The position numbers and the translations under genes are program-made. From positions 1 through 64,000 of the IMG/VR virus record IMGVR_UViG_3300021197_001654: DNA of 64,000 nt; one strand, written 5' to 3'. The notes beneath the pieces were generated by a model that made no database searches, was not told where the DNA came from, and worked only from the letters and a program-made list of their open reading frames with translations. Positions within the stretch are counted from its first letter, which is position 1; every line of letters begins with the position of its first letter. This document shows, in pieces, positions 1 through 10,662 of the stretch. The DNA comes from a virus.

Positions 1-1168
1 GGTTCTCTTCTGCAGTGCTCTCATTGTCAGTGACCAGAACATGCGCTGAGTTCGTGGCGTTCGTGGCGTTGGTAGAGTTCGTAGCGTTTGTCGCGTTCGT
101 TACGGTCACGCCAGCAATGACAGTGTTCAGCGCAGTGCCCCCTACAGTGATCGCATCAGCTTCCAGGGTTCCGTGAAAGTAACCATCCTTAAACTGCTTA
201 GCCGATGCACCCAAATCAACATCGGCGTCGGTCACAGGCTCCAGCACGCCATCCTTAAGGACAACCTGGTCGGCACCCGCCGCACGGAAAATAATGTTGT
301 TATCCGTACCAAAGTCAATGTCGTTGTCCGCATCGCGACCAACCACCAAGCCAGTGTTCTTAACTGAAGTGATGCCTGTTTGGGCCGCTGTAATAGCAAG
401 AGTTCCGCTACTGGCAGTAATGCCTGTGCTTGCAATACCGCTAACAAGGTCGGCGATGCTCTCCTTCTTAGAAGCGTTGCTATCATTAGCGTCAACAATA
501 GCGACGGAGTCATTAGCTACGTCTACCGTAGCGGCAGATAGCTCATTGAGGTCAAGTGCAACAGTAACAGCCCCGCTATTACCGCCACCAGAAAGACCAT
601 TGCCTGCAGTAACACCAGTAATGTCACCCACAGTAGGCGCTTCCCCCACAAACTTTGCGCCATCCCACGTAAGAACGTCCCCGCTCGACATCGAATCTTG
701 GCCAATCTTTGTAACATTACCCGACCCATCAAATGTAACCGCTGCAGTACCGCCAGCCTCCTTGAGTGAGCCGCCGTCATCAAGGATGATGTCGCCCGTA
801 GTAGAAATATCGCCTGACGCAGTAATAGCTGCAGCTTTTAGGGCCGCGTCAGTAAGCGTGAGGTCGCCGCTGCTGGACCCTGTGGCGTCGGTGGTAGAGA
901 CTACCCAGGTGTCAGCGCTTTCGTCCCAGATCAGAGATGCGTTTGTAGCGCTTCCGCGCTCAAGAATAATTCCGCCGTCGCCAGAGGGGGTTCCGGCAGT
1001 GCCGTTACCAAGCTCAATCAGCTTGTCCTCGACCTTGAGGTTGACGGTCTCGATACTGGTGGTCGTACCCTCTACTGTGAGGTCTCCCTCGATTGTGACC
1101 TTACCATCAGCATCAGCCTGAACCGATGCGTCAAAAAGACTTCCCGTGGTGCTGGTACTGCTGCCCAT
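1..1168 (-). CDS. Tail fibre protein, 3'-truncated at window edge
   Basis: Not in ORF track (no stop in window). ATG at 1168 overlaps the upstream TAA. Reads MGSSTSTTGSLFDASVQADADGKVTIEGDLTVEGTTTSIETVNLKVEDKLIELGNG...GGIILERGSATNASLIWDESADTW, later TNATNATNSTNATNATNS, motifs typical of phage fibres. Confidence 0.8.
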   Translation of the reverse strand, partial: MGSSTSTTGSLFDASVQADADGKVTIEGDLTVEGTTTSIETVNLKVEDKLIELGNGTAGTPSGDGGIILERGSATNASLIWDESADTWVVSTTDATGSSSGDLTLTDAALKAAAITASGDISTTGDIILDDGGSLKEAGGTAAVTFDGSGNVTKIGQDSMSSGDVLTWDGAKFVGEAPTVGDITGVTAGNGLSGGGNSGAVTVALDLNELSAATVDVANDSVAIVDANDSNASKKESIADLVSGIASTGITASSGTLAITAAQTGITSVKNTGLVVGRDADNDIDFGTDNNIIFRAAGADQVVLKDGVLEPVTDADVDLGASAKQFKDGYFHGTLEADAITVGGTALNTVIAGVTVTNATNATNSTNATNATNSAHVLVTDNESTAEEN

Positions 1169-1602
1169 TATGCCCTCCAGTTAAGCCTGACGTTCACCGC
1201 CAGAGAACCTGTGGCTGACTTAGCGAACAAATAAATTGTCCCTTGAGTCGAGTTACTCACCGTCGAGTCGAGATGAAAATCTTTACCGATAGTGTATACA
1301 AATCCACCGACCGTACCCGTTCGGATGGTTGGCGCTTGTGTTGCGCCGGCCAGTTGATCCGTCGTAATAGGAACAGCCCCCGCAGAGTCTCGAGCTAAGT
1401 AGATTGTTACGTTCTCTCCTGCGGCGACACTGCTGGCCTCGAGTTCAATTGACTCGAGATAACAGTTAGCGGGAACCGCCAGAGCAGCCGGGGAGTTAGT
1501 CGCGTCTGAAGTTAGTGCGAACCCCGTACCATTGTACGAGGTACCAACGTTATTTGCGTGCGAGTAGGAGTACCCAAATCGAGTAAATTCTTGAATAGAC
1601 AT
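1168..1602 (-). CDS. Hypothetical virion/tail-associated protein (144 aa)
   Basis: Beta-rich, small-residue-rich ORF translationally coupled to the fibre gene. Confidence 0.7.
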   Translation of the reverse strand: MSIQEFTRFGYSYSHANNVGTSYNGTGFALTSDATNSPAALAVPANCYLESIELEASSVAAGENVTIYLARDSAGAVPITTDQLAGATQAPTIRTGTVGGFVYTIGKDFHLDSTVSNSTQGTIYLFAKSATGSLAVNVRLNWRA

Positions 1603-1631
1603 GCGCCAAACCTAGTTGAATTGCTGGTGAC

Positions 1632-1641
1632 AGTGTAACAC
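1632..1641 (-). promoter_or_regulatory. Extended -10 promoter candidate GTGTTACACT
   Basis: TGnTAnnnT about 30 nt upstream of the ATG at 1602, in the intergenic gap. Confidence 0.45.
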
Positions 1642-1645
1642 TTTT

Positions 1646-4600
1646 TTACTCCAGGTCGATTTTCCTGCTACCCGGATCACGCTTCTTTAATCTTTCTAAC
1701 CGCTCAAGGTCTCCCTTAAGGGGAGCGGGCTCCTTTTTCTCGACATCTACGTAGTCCGCGCCGATCGCTCTCTTGACCGCTGTAAAGTCTTGCCCACCAG
1801 TCTCCTCCTGCTGCTCGTAAACACCCATTGCGGCTGTCTTATCGGGATACACCTCGGTAATGTCCATCACACCAAACGTGCGTACCCACCTCTGAATCTG
1901 CCCACGTATCTCCGCTTGCTCTTCTGAGGGCGCCATCTCAAGTTTCTTCAGGTATCCGTTAAGCTCGTCAAGAGGAGAGTGCTTAAGCAGAAGAGTACCT
2001 AAGCCGCCGCTCATGTAGTAATTTTTAGTGGGCTTGAGTTGGGCTCCGAAAAGGTACGGATCCTCTTCTTCGAGCCTAATCTTTCCGTCCTCGACTTCTT
2101 GCATCGCTTGCGAGTACTCAAGCCGTCGACGGAACGGATCTTCTTTCGGATCTACAGGTAAAAACTCGTACCCAGATTTAGCCATCATCTTCGCCAGGCT
2201 TCCTGCGACCCGATAAGGTGGTCCGTTGTCTTTCATCTTCGCCATGGCAAAGAGGTCCGCCGCAAGCAACGCGCGGTCAGGCTGAAACAAATCCATTAGC
2301 GGCTTCGACACCGACATTAGTTCGTTCTCGTCGTCCGGCGAATACGCATCCGTCAAGTAGTCAGGAGCCGCCACCGACATCAAATTACTGCCTATCGCGA
2401 ACAATGCTGACCAGGTCAGAGCAAAGTGGTTGTACGCAGCTTTGTAGCTCTGCTCAGGAAACATAAATGCTGTAAACGATCGGTCGGGCTCTTGCCGTCC
2501 CTTTAGCGTATGAAACAATCTATTCTGCTCATTCGCAGCATGAGGCGACATGATTACATCGCGTCTTGAATAATACGGGGGTAGCGATGTTTTCGACGGC
2601 TTTTCAAGCGCGCCGCCTTCAAGAACCCCACCATAGTTAAACTTTCCGTCCTTAGATTTCTTGTACAGCCTTCGAATTTCTGCCCCGCTTGCGTTGAGCT
2701 TGTACCACTTACCGTGCTGGAACATCGAGTCGCGACCACTCATAGCCATCAGAATCTGACGTTTTAATTTGTCGTCAAGCTGAGATATCGAGTCAACGCC
2801 AAAGTCATCTACTAAGTCTTTCTTGAGCGCGTCATACGCGTCTCTCTGCTCGTCAGACAATGCCTGAACGTCGACGCCCAGAGGATCGACAATGTCTTCG
2901 AACAGCATCTCGCTTACAAACTGAGAACCCTTGTTGTACGAACGGTTGAGTACTCCCAGGCGGTAGGCCCCGCGAGGACTAAAGACGACATCGACAAGCT
3001 GTCGGTTAGCGTTTTTCTGGAATGCCCAGAACGGGAAGAAAATATTGATCAGCCAGTGCCGATCCATTTTCGACATCGATCCGGCATAATCGTACAGTGC
3101 ATCGATAGTTAGCCGCGCTGCTTTTCTCGGGTCAACACCCATCTCAACTAGTGTAAGCATTGCCCCGTACCGCTCACGCTCACTCCACCCCTCAGCAATG
3201 TCCTCGGCAACCTTGGTCATCTGACGGTAAGGATTAGCGCCCGTTGTCAGAAATCCGAGTTTACTAGTGTTTGCGCCTTTAGCCATCTCGTCACTCAAAA
3301 ACATTTCGCCCGCTAGGCGAATCTTTGTTCCTAGTGCCGCAGTATCGAATGATGCAGACAAGCCTTCTTCGACGCCAATGCGGCGCAAGTCTTTGTATGC
3401 AAGTGGGATGCCGTCGACCATCATGAACCCGTCGCGGGCTTCGAGCAAATCATTTAGATCGCCACGCCACTTAGACGATCGCAGAATCTTCGCGGACCAA
3501 TCAGCCGCCGCGTCACCCTTACTCTGAAGCCAACGTCGAGCCGCCTCACCAGCGTCATCGGGCCCAAACTTCTGGGCTACGGCAATTATTCCCTGGCCGA
3601 CGGGGTTAGCCGCAAATGTCTGCGGCAAGATTCTCGTAGTAGAGATAAGAGCGGGTCGGAACCCTACGATCTGACCCATCTGATTAAAGTGGTCCATCGT
3701 GTTCATCCAGAAATATCTAGACTTCAACAGAAAGTGACCCCGGACCATCCGTGTCTTGAGATAGCGATACGTCCAAGCCATCGCAAGCTGATCACCACCC
3801 GCAACTTCTTTGATTCCCTGACCTAAAGCCTCAAACAAATCACCGGTTAATTGTTTCTGCGTAGGGTCGGTTGCTTGCTCCAGCGCCATACTTAACTTTC
3901 TGCGTGCTGCTGCCGGGACATAGAAGTTTAAGCCCTCTAGCTCTGCGGCTTCCAAGAATTGAGGGTTGTAACCGTGTACCTTAAAAGCCTGTTCAACCTT
4001 AGCCATGTCCGCAGCATCGTCGATGCCCTCACCTTGAATCCACTTTTTAAAGTTATTCGCAGTGCGAGCATCTGTTGCGATGCCAAGATTAACCCACTCA
4101 AGACGAGCTTTCGCCGCCTGGCCGTAGCCCGCAATCAGCGCGGTGACCCGATTAGCTACAGGCCCGACGTCCGCATCGATCCCGTAAAGCCGATGAATAT
4201 CGTCATACAGCTTGCTAAACTGCGACACCGAATTGTCGGCGCCGTCAAATAGCTTACCCTTTCTCGTAGTAAGACCTAAAGAATACGTCACCGTCTCGAG
4301 AAGCTGGAACGCTTTCGGATCCAACGACCTTCCGTTTGCGTAGCCCCCAGCGGCGAAAATTTTCTGTAGCAAGTCGCTGCCGCCCTTGGCGAAGACTATC
4401 GAGTCGACTGCGTTTATTGCCGTTTGCTGGCCGTTCTCAAGCGTCTTCTCCCACCCCTTAGACATAAATCTCTGATCGTCTAATAAGCCCTTAAGTACTG
4501 AATAAGCCTTGCTTAATTCCGTCTGCTCCGACGTAGCCACGTTTGCAAAGTATTTATTCAACGACTGTGACGCAGACCCCATCATGTCATGCCCAGCACT

Positions 4601-7600
4601 CAACGCGTTCCGACCAGACTTAAATTTAATTTGAGGATCGCCGGTAATAAACCGAACCAGCTTTTGAGGTACGCCCTCATGGATAAGCGTCACGGCATCG
4701 CCGATACTTTGTTGCGTCATCCGAACGCCCGCCATGACGGCTTCTCTTACCTTCGGCGGCAGGCTCCTCATGTCAGCCACGGCATCACCGCCGATAAACG
4801 CAAATGCGGCACCCTTCTTCACCGGGCCTGACGTGACGACAAACTGCTCTATCATTTCCGTCGTCGAAAGCTCATTTACCGCGTCGGCCTGACTCGTAGT
4901 CGCAATTTTGCGTGTCGCCGGAGAGTCAACCGTGCTCTTTCTTGCAGCAAAAGACGCGTAACCACGACTAATTTCTTCCAGTGAGTACGATGACTTTGCT
5001 CCCGGAGACAAAAGTCCGCCGAGAGATACCGGTCCCGGCAGATCGATAGTTACATCTGCTTGACGGTCCTTTAGATATTTCTTGTGCGCCGCAAGCAGCT
5101 TTGACTTTAGCTCCTTTACCGATATCGGATGACCTAGCCTATCAGATTCTTGTGCAATTCTAAGGAGATACTCGTCGCTGACTTTTGCGGGTAGATCGTC
5201 CAGCAATGCCCGTCGAATAGACTTGAAGATATTTGGCGCCCCGGACTCTTCCGGCGGCATCCCGACTAAGATCCGGTCAAACACCGACTCAATCTGAGGT
5301 TGAGGGCTAAACTGCGCTCCGTCAACGCGAGCATTCTTGGCTGCTGCAAAACTCTCTGCAATCCGGTTTCGAACGCGCTCGAACGCTGAGGTAATCTCGG
5401 CGGTCGGCGGCGGAGCACCCTCGGCGTACGCGGTAAACGCTTTTGCAAATACATCCTCAGCGCGCGCAATCTCCGCCGGGTCGTCCGAAACAAACAACGC
5501 ACCGCGATGACCTACCTTGATTCCTTGAGTCGAGAGCCACTCCGTGACTTTACCCATCTGCTCGGCGTCCAGTTCTTTACGTGCAACCTTACTGATCTCA
5601 AGAATAAACGCTTCTACGGACGGCGCTTCTTCCATAGCTCGTACGACTTTCTGCGTATCGGCAGCAAACTCGGCGACCTCGGGTCCTGCCGCCGGTCGAA
5701 GTGCCGCTGCGCCAGGAGGAACATCAACCGAGGGGGCAAACTTCCGTATGTCTAAACCTGAATCAGCGAAATCCGCTAAGGTATTTTTATTCATCACGAA
5801 CCGCAGTAGAGGTTCGCCTGTAGCGGCATTCATAGTCTTGAGTTCAGAAAACGGAACGCCTGCCGCGATTAACCGCCGATACATCTTCGTCGCTTCCGCA
5901 TTGGGATTGACGTCACTCAAGAAACCCAGGCCCCGCGTCTTCGCAACCTTAAGTGCCTCTAGATACACCGAAGTCCCAATACCCTGACCACGAAGACTGG
6001 CAGGCAACTCGATCGACTTCACGGACAAGTTCTCGCCGTCAGCCTTAAACACCATCCCCGAAATAAAATCAGCGTCAGGGTCAACCGCTGCGTCGCGCAG
6101 TTCTTTTGTCGTCAGAAGCTCTAAGCCTTCCTTAAGAGGCTCGACCTTCGGATCAATCCCAATAGATCTCGCCGCATCATCCACCGCCGTCACCGCTGCC
6201 GCTGCCGCATCGTCTGATTGATCAACAATCGCCTCACGCTTCATACGGCCTATGATGTCGCTAAACTCTCGACGCTCAAAAATCTCTTCGACAGACTCGT
6301 TAGTAGTTCGTGCAATTGCTTTTAAGCGTTGGTCAAGGTTCCGCGCGACATGCATCGCCGAGTCACCCCGCATCGCAGGAAACGTTTCCTCTAGCTGGTT
6401 CCGGAAATTAAGGGCGGTAGACGAAATTTTACGCGTTCCGATCTCTTCGTATTTATTCGCGACGGATTGAATAATCGGACGAACCTTTATCTTCTCCTGC
6501 TCCGCCAACGCTTTTCGAGTTAGCGCGTGAGCGACACCTCTCGACTCGGCGATAGCGGCAATCGAATTAGTTACCTTGACAAGCTCGGCCGTTAAGTCAG
6601 CCTTTGACCGCTGCACTTCAGACTTAGCCGCAATCTTCGCCGCCTGGTCGTGCGCTTTGCCGATTTCCCGCGTCAGATCCCGAATATTAAATTGCTTCGA
6701 CCCCTTTTTTCCTGGTGGAAGTTCGGACAAATAGGTCACAAGACGACCCTCAAAAGCCTCTGGACTGCGGGCAATTAAGTCCGCGCCTTCTCGACTACGA
6801 ACAAACGACAACAAATCCATCACGGAACGACGCACCTGCTCCGACTGACCCGCCTTTTTCGCCTGCGTGAACCCCTGACGCACCAACTGGTTATTAAGTT
6901 TCGTCATAAGCGGAGCCAGCACTTCGCGCTGAATCTCAACGGCGTAGCCACCACTTGTCTGGTCCTTACCGATTCGCGTCGCCAAATTCTGAAGCCTCTC
7001 TAACTTACGAGAAAGACTAAGGAATTCGGGGAACGGTACAATCTGAGCCTCGGCTTCGCCGCGAGAAAGAACTCGCTCTGTTGCGGGGTGAACAAAGTCA
7101 CGCTTCAAGCCGGTGTCCGAGAAGCCCAGAACAGACGCAACTTCATCCGCGCCCTTACCCGTCAACAACGGAACATCGCGGGCTATCTCCATCGCAACGT
7201 TATGATCCGTACGATCAACTTCTCTCATCAGAGGCTTTAATTTTTTCCGTATCGTTTTTTCTGCGTCTTCCGCGACCTTAACGGTTTCCCGTGCTTGCGC
7301 TAAAAGCTTGTTACCTTCATCGATGTTTCCGGCGCTAAAAGAATCTCTCGCCCGAACAACCAACTTTTGAGTCTCAATCATTTCGCCGGCCGCATCACCC
7401 ATGCCGTCAAGTGCATCGGGAATAAACCTTTTGTTCAGCAGCGGCTGAAGCTTCTTGACTCCTGCGCCTACCGTGGACACAGCTTTAGCCAGTCCGACTG
7501 TAGGGTCCGGCGTTAGGACGTCAACTAAAAAGCCTAGCGAGCCGTAAGCAAATGCCTTTACGCCACCGTCTTCCGCCCCCTCACGAGAGAGCATCAGCTT

Positions 7601-9424
7601 TGTGAAGTCGTCCGCGTCCTTAATTCCCTGGACGGAGCCCTTCATCAAAGCCTCTCGAACAGACTCGCCCTCAGGTCCGTCTAAAAGTCGGCGCAGGCCA
7701 CCGGCAGTAAAGCTCAGGTGAAGGTTGAGCTTATTAAACACGCTATCGAGGGTATCCTCTGCCGTGAATACCGGTCGATTACTCTTGTCCAAACCGACGA
7801 TTCTTACTCGGTTTTTTCCTGCCGCGTCAGCCAATTGAGTGAGGTAGGGGTCTCCCTCGCCGACACGGTTCTCGAACATCGTGTTGTCGGGGTCCATAAA
7901 CTCGTACGACAACAGCGCCGGAACACCCAACTTATTTGTCGTAAGGTACAAGGCTACATGACGTTTGTTGGCTCTTACAAGCTCGTCCCGTAAAGCCTGC
8001 TCTCTAGACCCCTCCACCATAGCCGCCGCGTCAAAAGCGCCCACAGTGATCCCCATCTTTCGGGCGACAATCTCGCGGTCATACTGATAGCCTGCTTCGA
8101 AGAGCTTCTGGAAAGCACGATTCTCAAACGAACTTTTAATGTCCGTTTTCTCCAGCCCGGCTAAAATCGCAGAGATCATTCGCGCCCGATCAGGTTGATC
8201 CGATACTTCGGGGTCCGTCAGCATTCTGACTTCTTGCTCATAATGATTGTACGCCGCAGACCCCGGCTTTGCGATTTCGTTCTGGACGTCGCCGCCGATA
8301 GCTTCCTTGTCCAACAAGAATCGGTACGTCTCTTTTTTGTCGGCCTTGTTTATCCGGTCCAAAGCCGCTTGGCGCTTGCGCATATCAATCTCAGCAAGCG
8401 ACTCACCTTGAGGTGACGCCTTAGCCGCTTCACCTAAAAGTCGACTGGCTTGCTTTAGGTATGCTTGCCGCCGTTTCTGTTCCGTTGCATCTTGAATCGA
8501 TGGCTTCTCGAAATTAGTCATGAACTGATTTGTAAGCTCATTTGCGTCCGCGTCAGGGTTGCGGAACCCCGCCAACTCGTCACGGCTATGCACCGCGTCA
8601 AGAATCTTGGCCATCTGGAAGCGCGGATCCTGCAACTGCTCAACCGTGTACCCCACGCCTTCGCCAGCACCGCGATTAAACTGCCACACGCCGTGTGAGT
8701 CTTCCTTACCCGGAGACTTTATAAACGGATCCAACCGACTCTCAGAAAACCCATTAGCTAGAATAGCCGCCATCTGGTTCTGGTTAAGGCCCGCGCTAGA
8801 CCCCATATCATAGACAACCTGAGCAACTGCTTGTTGCCGCTTAGACGAATCTTTGATCGACTTAAAGTCAATTGGCTTAGACGCTTTAGCTGTGCGCCGC
8901 TCTTCGTCCGTAAAGGCATATTGCTTCTCGCCCGAAATCAGGCGCTGATTCGCGATGTCCTTGATTTCTTGCTTCCGCTTAAGAACATTAAGCTTCGAGC
9001 GAATAGATTTCATCGCTTCTTTACGCTGCTCAAGGGGCTTCAACGAAACCATGCCGCCAGCTTCAAGCTCTGAGAGGACATCCTTGACGTCCAGTCCCTT
9101 ACGTCCGACATCATCCAGCAGCGTGCCTACCTCAAGGCCCTGGCTACGCGCCGCACGCGCAAACTGGTCTTCGGTCAGGCCCAATCTGCGGCTGTGCTTA
9201 TCAACAATTACGGGCAAAGAAAAAAGCTCGGCCTCAATACCTTTGATACTACCCGGCCCAAACGCAAGTTCTCTCTGTCGGATTATCGTATTGGCCAGTT
9301 CCTCCACCTTCAGATCGAGGCTGTCAAACTCGATCTCTTCTTGAGCCGCCGAAGAATCCGAATCTACAATCGGCGTAAGGTCGGCCTCCGTCTTAGTACG
9401 ACTCGATTTTTTAGGCTCGGCCAC
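1646..9424 (-). CDS. Giant internal virion/ejection polyvalent protein (2592 aa) with phage-tail-lysozyme-like, GNAT-like and degenerate metallopeptidase-like segments
   Basis: AAILANGFSESRLDP...SHGVWQFN...FMTNFEKP (lysozyme2-like); IELPASLRGQGIGTSVY...NAEATKMYRRL (GNAT acetyl-CoA loop); C-terminal ALYDYAG...FFPFWAFQKN typical of large ejection proteins; sits after tail genes. Confidence 0.8.
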   Translation of the reverse strand: MAEPKKSSRTKTEADLTPIVDSDSSAAQEEIEFDSLDLKVEELANTIIRQRELAFGPGSIKGIEAELFSLPVIVDKHSRRLGLTEDQFARAARSQGLEVGTLLDDVGRKGLDVKDVLSELEAGGMVSLKPLEQRKEAMKSIRSKLNVLKRKQEIKDIANQRLISGEKQYAFTDEERRTAKASKPIDFKSIKDSSKRQQAVAQVVYDMGSSAGLNQNQMAAILANGFSESRLDPFIKSPGKEDSHGVWQFNRGAGEGVGYTVEQLQDPRFQMAKILDAVHSRDELAGFRNPDADANELTNQFMTNFEKPSIQDATEQKRRQAYLKQASRLLGEAAKASPQGESLAEIDMRKRQAALDRINKADKKETYRFLLDKEAIGGDVQNEIAKPGSAAYNHYEQEVRMLTDPEVSDQPDRARMISAILAGLEKTDIKSSFENRAFQKLFEAGYQYDREIVARKMGITVGAFDAAAMVEGSREQALRDELVRANKRHVALYLTTNKLGVPALLSYEFMDPDNTMFENRVGEGDPYLTQLADAAGKNRVRIVGLDKSNRPVFTAEDTLDSVFNKLNLHLSFTAGGLRRLLDGPEGESVREALMKGSVQGIKDADDFTKLMLSREGAEDGGVKAFAYGSLGFLVDVLTPDPTVGLAKAVSTVGAGVKKLQPLLNKRFIPDALDGMGDAAGEMIETQKLVVRARDSFSAGNIDEGNKLLAQARETVKVAEDAEKTIRKKLKPLMREVDRTDHNVAMEIARDVPLLTGKGADEVASVLGFSDTGLKRDFVHPATERVLSRGEAEAQIVPFPEFLSLSRKLERLQNLATRIGKDQTSGGYAVEIQREVLAPLMTKLNNQLVRQGFTQAKKAGQSEQVRRSVMDLLSFVRSREGADLIARSPEAFEGRLVTYLSELPPGKKGSKQFNIRDLTREIGKAHDQAAKIAAKSEVQRSKADLTAELVKVTNSIAAIAESRGVAHALTRKALAEQEKIKVRPIIQSVANKYEEIGTRKISSTALNFRNQLEETFPAMRGDSAMHVARNLDQRLKAIARTTNESVEEIFERREFSDIIGRMKREAIVDQSDDAAAAAVTAVDDAARSIGIDPKVEPLKEGLELLTTKELRDAAVDPDADFISGMVFKADGENLSVKSIELPASLRGQGIGTSVYLEALKVAKTRGLGFLSDVNPNAEATKMYRRLIAAGVPFSELKTMNAATGEPLLRFVMNKNTLADFADSGLDIRKFAPSVDVPPGAAALRPAAGPEVAEFAADTQKVVRAMEEAPSVEAFILEISKVARKELDAEQMGKVTEWLSTQGIKVGHRGALFVSDDPAEIARAEDVFAKAFTAYAEGAPPPTAEITSAFERVRNRIAESFAAAKNARVDGAQFSPQPQIESVFDRILVGMPPEESGAPNIFKSIRRALLDDLPAKVSDEYLLRIAQESDRLGHPISVKELKSKLLAAHKKYLKDRQADVTIDLPGPVSLGGLLSPGAKSSYSLEEISRGYASFAARKSTVDSPATRKIATTSQADAVNELSTTEMIEQFVVTSGPVKKGAAFAFIGGDAVADMRSLPPKVREAVMAGVRMTQQSIGDAVTLIHEGVPQKLVRFITGDPQIKFKSGRNALSAGHDMMGSASQSLNKYFANVATSEQTELSKAYSVLKGLLDDQRFMSKGWEKTLENGQQTAINAVDSIVFAKGGSDLLQKIFAAGGYANGRSLDPKAFQLLETVTYSLGLTTRKGKLFDGADNSVSQFSKLYDDIHRLYGIDADVGPVANRVTALIAGYGQAAKARLEWVNLGIATDARTANNFKKWIQGEGIDDAADMAKVEQAFKVHGYNPQFLEAAELEGLNFYVPAAARRKLSMALEQATDPTQKQLTGDLFEALGQGIKEVAGGDQLAMAWTYRYLKTRMVRGHFLLKSRYFWMNTMDHFNQMGQIVGFRPALISTTRILPQTFAANPVGQGIIAVAQKFGPDDAGEAARRWLQSKGDAAADWSAKILRSSKWRGDLNDLLEARDGFMMVDGIPLAYKDLRRIGVEEGLSASFDTAALGTKIRLAGEMFLSDEMAKGANTSKLGFLTTGANPYRQMTKVAEDIAEGWSERERYGAMLTLVEMGVDPRKAARLTIDALYDYAGSMSKMDRHWLINIFFPFWAFQKNANRQLVDVVFSPRGAYRLGVLNRSYNKGSQFVSEMLFEDIVDPLGVDVQALSDEQRDAYDALKKDLVDDFGVDSISQLDDKLKRQILMAMSGRDSMFQHGKWYKLNASGAEIRRLYKKSKDGKFNYGGVLEGGALEKPSKTSLPPYYSRRDVIMSPHAANEQNRLFHTLKGRQEPDRSFTAFMFPEQSYKAAYNHFALTWSALFAIGSNLMSVAAPDYLTDAYSPDDENELMSVSKPLMDLFQPDRALLAADLFAMAKMKDNGPPYRVAGSLAKMMAKSGYEFLPVDPKEDPFRRRLEYSQAMQEVEDGKIRLEEEDPYLFGAQLKPTKNYYMSGGLGTLLLKHSPLDELNGYLKKLEMAPSEEQAEIRGQIQRWVRTFGVMDITEVYPDKTAAMGVYEQQEETGGQDFTAVKRAIGADYVDVEKKEPAPLKGDLERLERLKKRDPGSRKIDLE

Positions 9425-9441
9425 GATAACACCCCACTCAG

Positions 9442-10662
9442 TTAATCTTCCTTAACCGTGCCGACGCCATCTGAAGCGTCTTTGAGCGCCTCAGACCTTA
9501 GAAATTTACGGTATAAGCCTTGTGACTTTTCAAGATCATCTCGCCGCCTACTTCGCAGCGATAATTCTTTCTCCGTGCGGCTGAGCATTTTACCAAGCTG
9601 ACTTAATTCCGTCGCGTACTTCGTCAGGTCGACATGAACGTATGCGTCCGTCGTCGGTCTTGTATCCACAGGGAAACCTTCGAGCACCTCAATCTGCGCG
9701 GCAGTTAGATCCTCTCGAGGGATACTCACCGTCTGACCTCTAGTGTTACCCTTGCTAAAGCCCTCCGCAGCCCCCAATCGATCGCTAAAGCCCTCCGCAG
9801 CCTCCAATCGATTACGTATCTGCGGGATATCCATATCTGCTAGCTTTTGCTTGAAAGAATCAACTGCTGGTTGCATATCGCCAATTGCGTAACGTTCATC
9901 CTCAGGGTCATCGAGTTTGCGCTCAATGTTTCGGAGCCCCGCCTCGATACCTATCGCCTTACGAGTATCTACATCATGCGGAAGAAGCGAATCCATCGGT
10001 GAGGTAGGAGCCTGCAGCGTCGAAGGCTTTACGCCCTCGATCTTCTCAGTGTAGTCAGGAGTCAAAGCCAAGTCCAACTCAAACGGATCGGATTTGCTGC
10101 GAGACGCGGCCTCGAATATTTTTCGCCTGTAGCCTCGATCAACGCTTTGCAGTTGAGGTGCGAAGCCTTCAGGGCCCCGGACCACTTTACCCGTAGCGTC
10201 GAGAGGAACCGCACCGTGTCGCAGCAGGTCGGACCCCCGCGCTCGACGTTTATCGTCTTCGGCAGCTTTTTTCTCCGTACGAGCATATTCCTCTTCTATC
10301 GAACGCCGCTCAGCTTCGGTCTTTGTCTGGGCAAGCTTGGCCTCATGTAATTCTCTGCGCTTACGTCTCCGAGCCTCCGCGCTGTTCGCTGCTTCGTTGC
10401 TCGCAACCTCTTCGGGAGTCGGCTCTGCCGGCCCGAGAAAAGCGCCATCGCTCTCATCCGAGCCGCCGCCACTACTGCTACCGCCACCGCCACCGCCACC
10501 GGAATTACCGCCGCCAGACGTTACGGGTTTAGGTGGGCTGATACTGTGATTTCTTTTAGAGCTACGTCGCACTAGAGCCTCGATTTTTTTGAGCGAACAA
10601 AAAAGCTTCCCCAAGCTCAACCAGATTAGAACTTGGTGCGGGGCTGATTTGCGTAGACTCAC
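9442..10662 (-). CDS. Hypothetical internal virion protein with Gly-rich linker; start uncertain, may be fused to upstream ORF by frameshift
   Basis: 406-aa ORF fills the gap; N-terminal ~30 codons overlap the upstream ORF by 101 nt; no other early Met. Confidence 0.6.
   Translation of the reverse strand: MSLRKSAPHQVLIWLSLGKLFCSLKKIEALVRRSSKRNHSISPPKPVTSGGGNSGGGGGGGSSSGGGSDESDGAFLGPAEPTPEEVASNEAANSAEARRRKRRELHEAKLAQTKTEAERRSIEEEYARTEKKAAEDDKRRARGSDLLRHGAVPLDATGKVVRGPEGFAPQLQSVDRGYRRKIFEAASRSKSDPFELDLALTPDYTEKIEGVKPSTLQAPTSPMDSLLPHDVDTRKAIGIEAGLRNIERKLDDPEDERYAIGDMQPAVDSFKQKLADMDIPQIRNRLEAAEGFSDRLGAAEGFSKGNTRGQTVSIPREDLTAAQIEVLEGFPVDTRPTTDAYVHVDLTKYATELSQLGKMLSRTEKELSLRSRRRDDLEKSQGLYRKFLRSEALKDASDGVGTVKED

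Noticed and set aside
294-1121. 275-aa plus-strand ORF
   Set aside because: Antisense shadow of the minus-strand tail fibre gene, which has the recognisable motifs and a coupled start
1646-9424. Giant ORF as tape measure protein or virion RNA polymerase
   Set aside because: No tail-tube or chaperone genes, no periodic tape-measure repeats and no recognisable RNA polymerase catalytic motif
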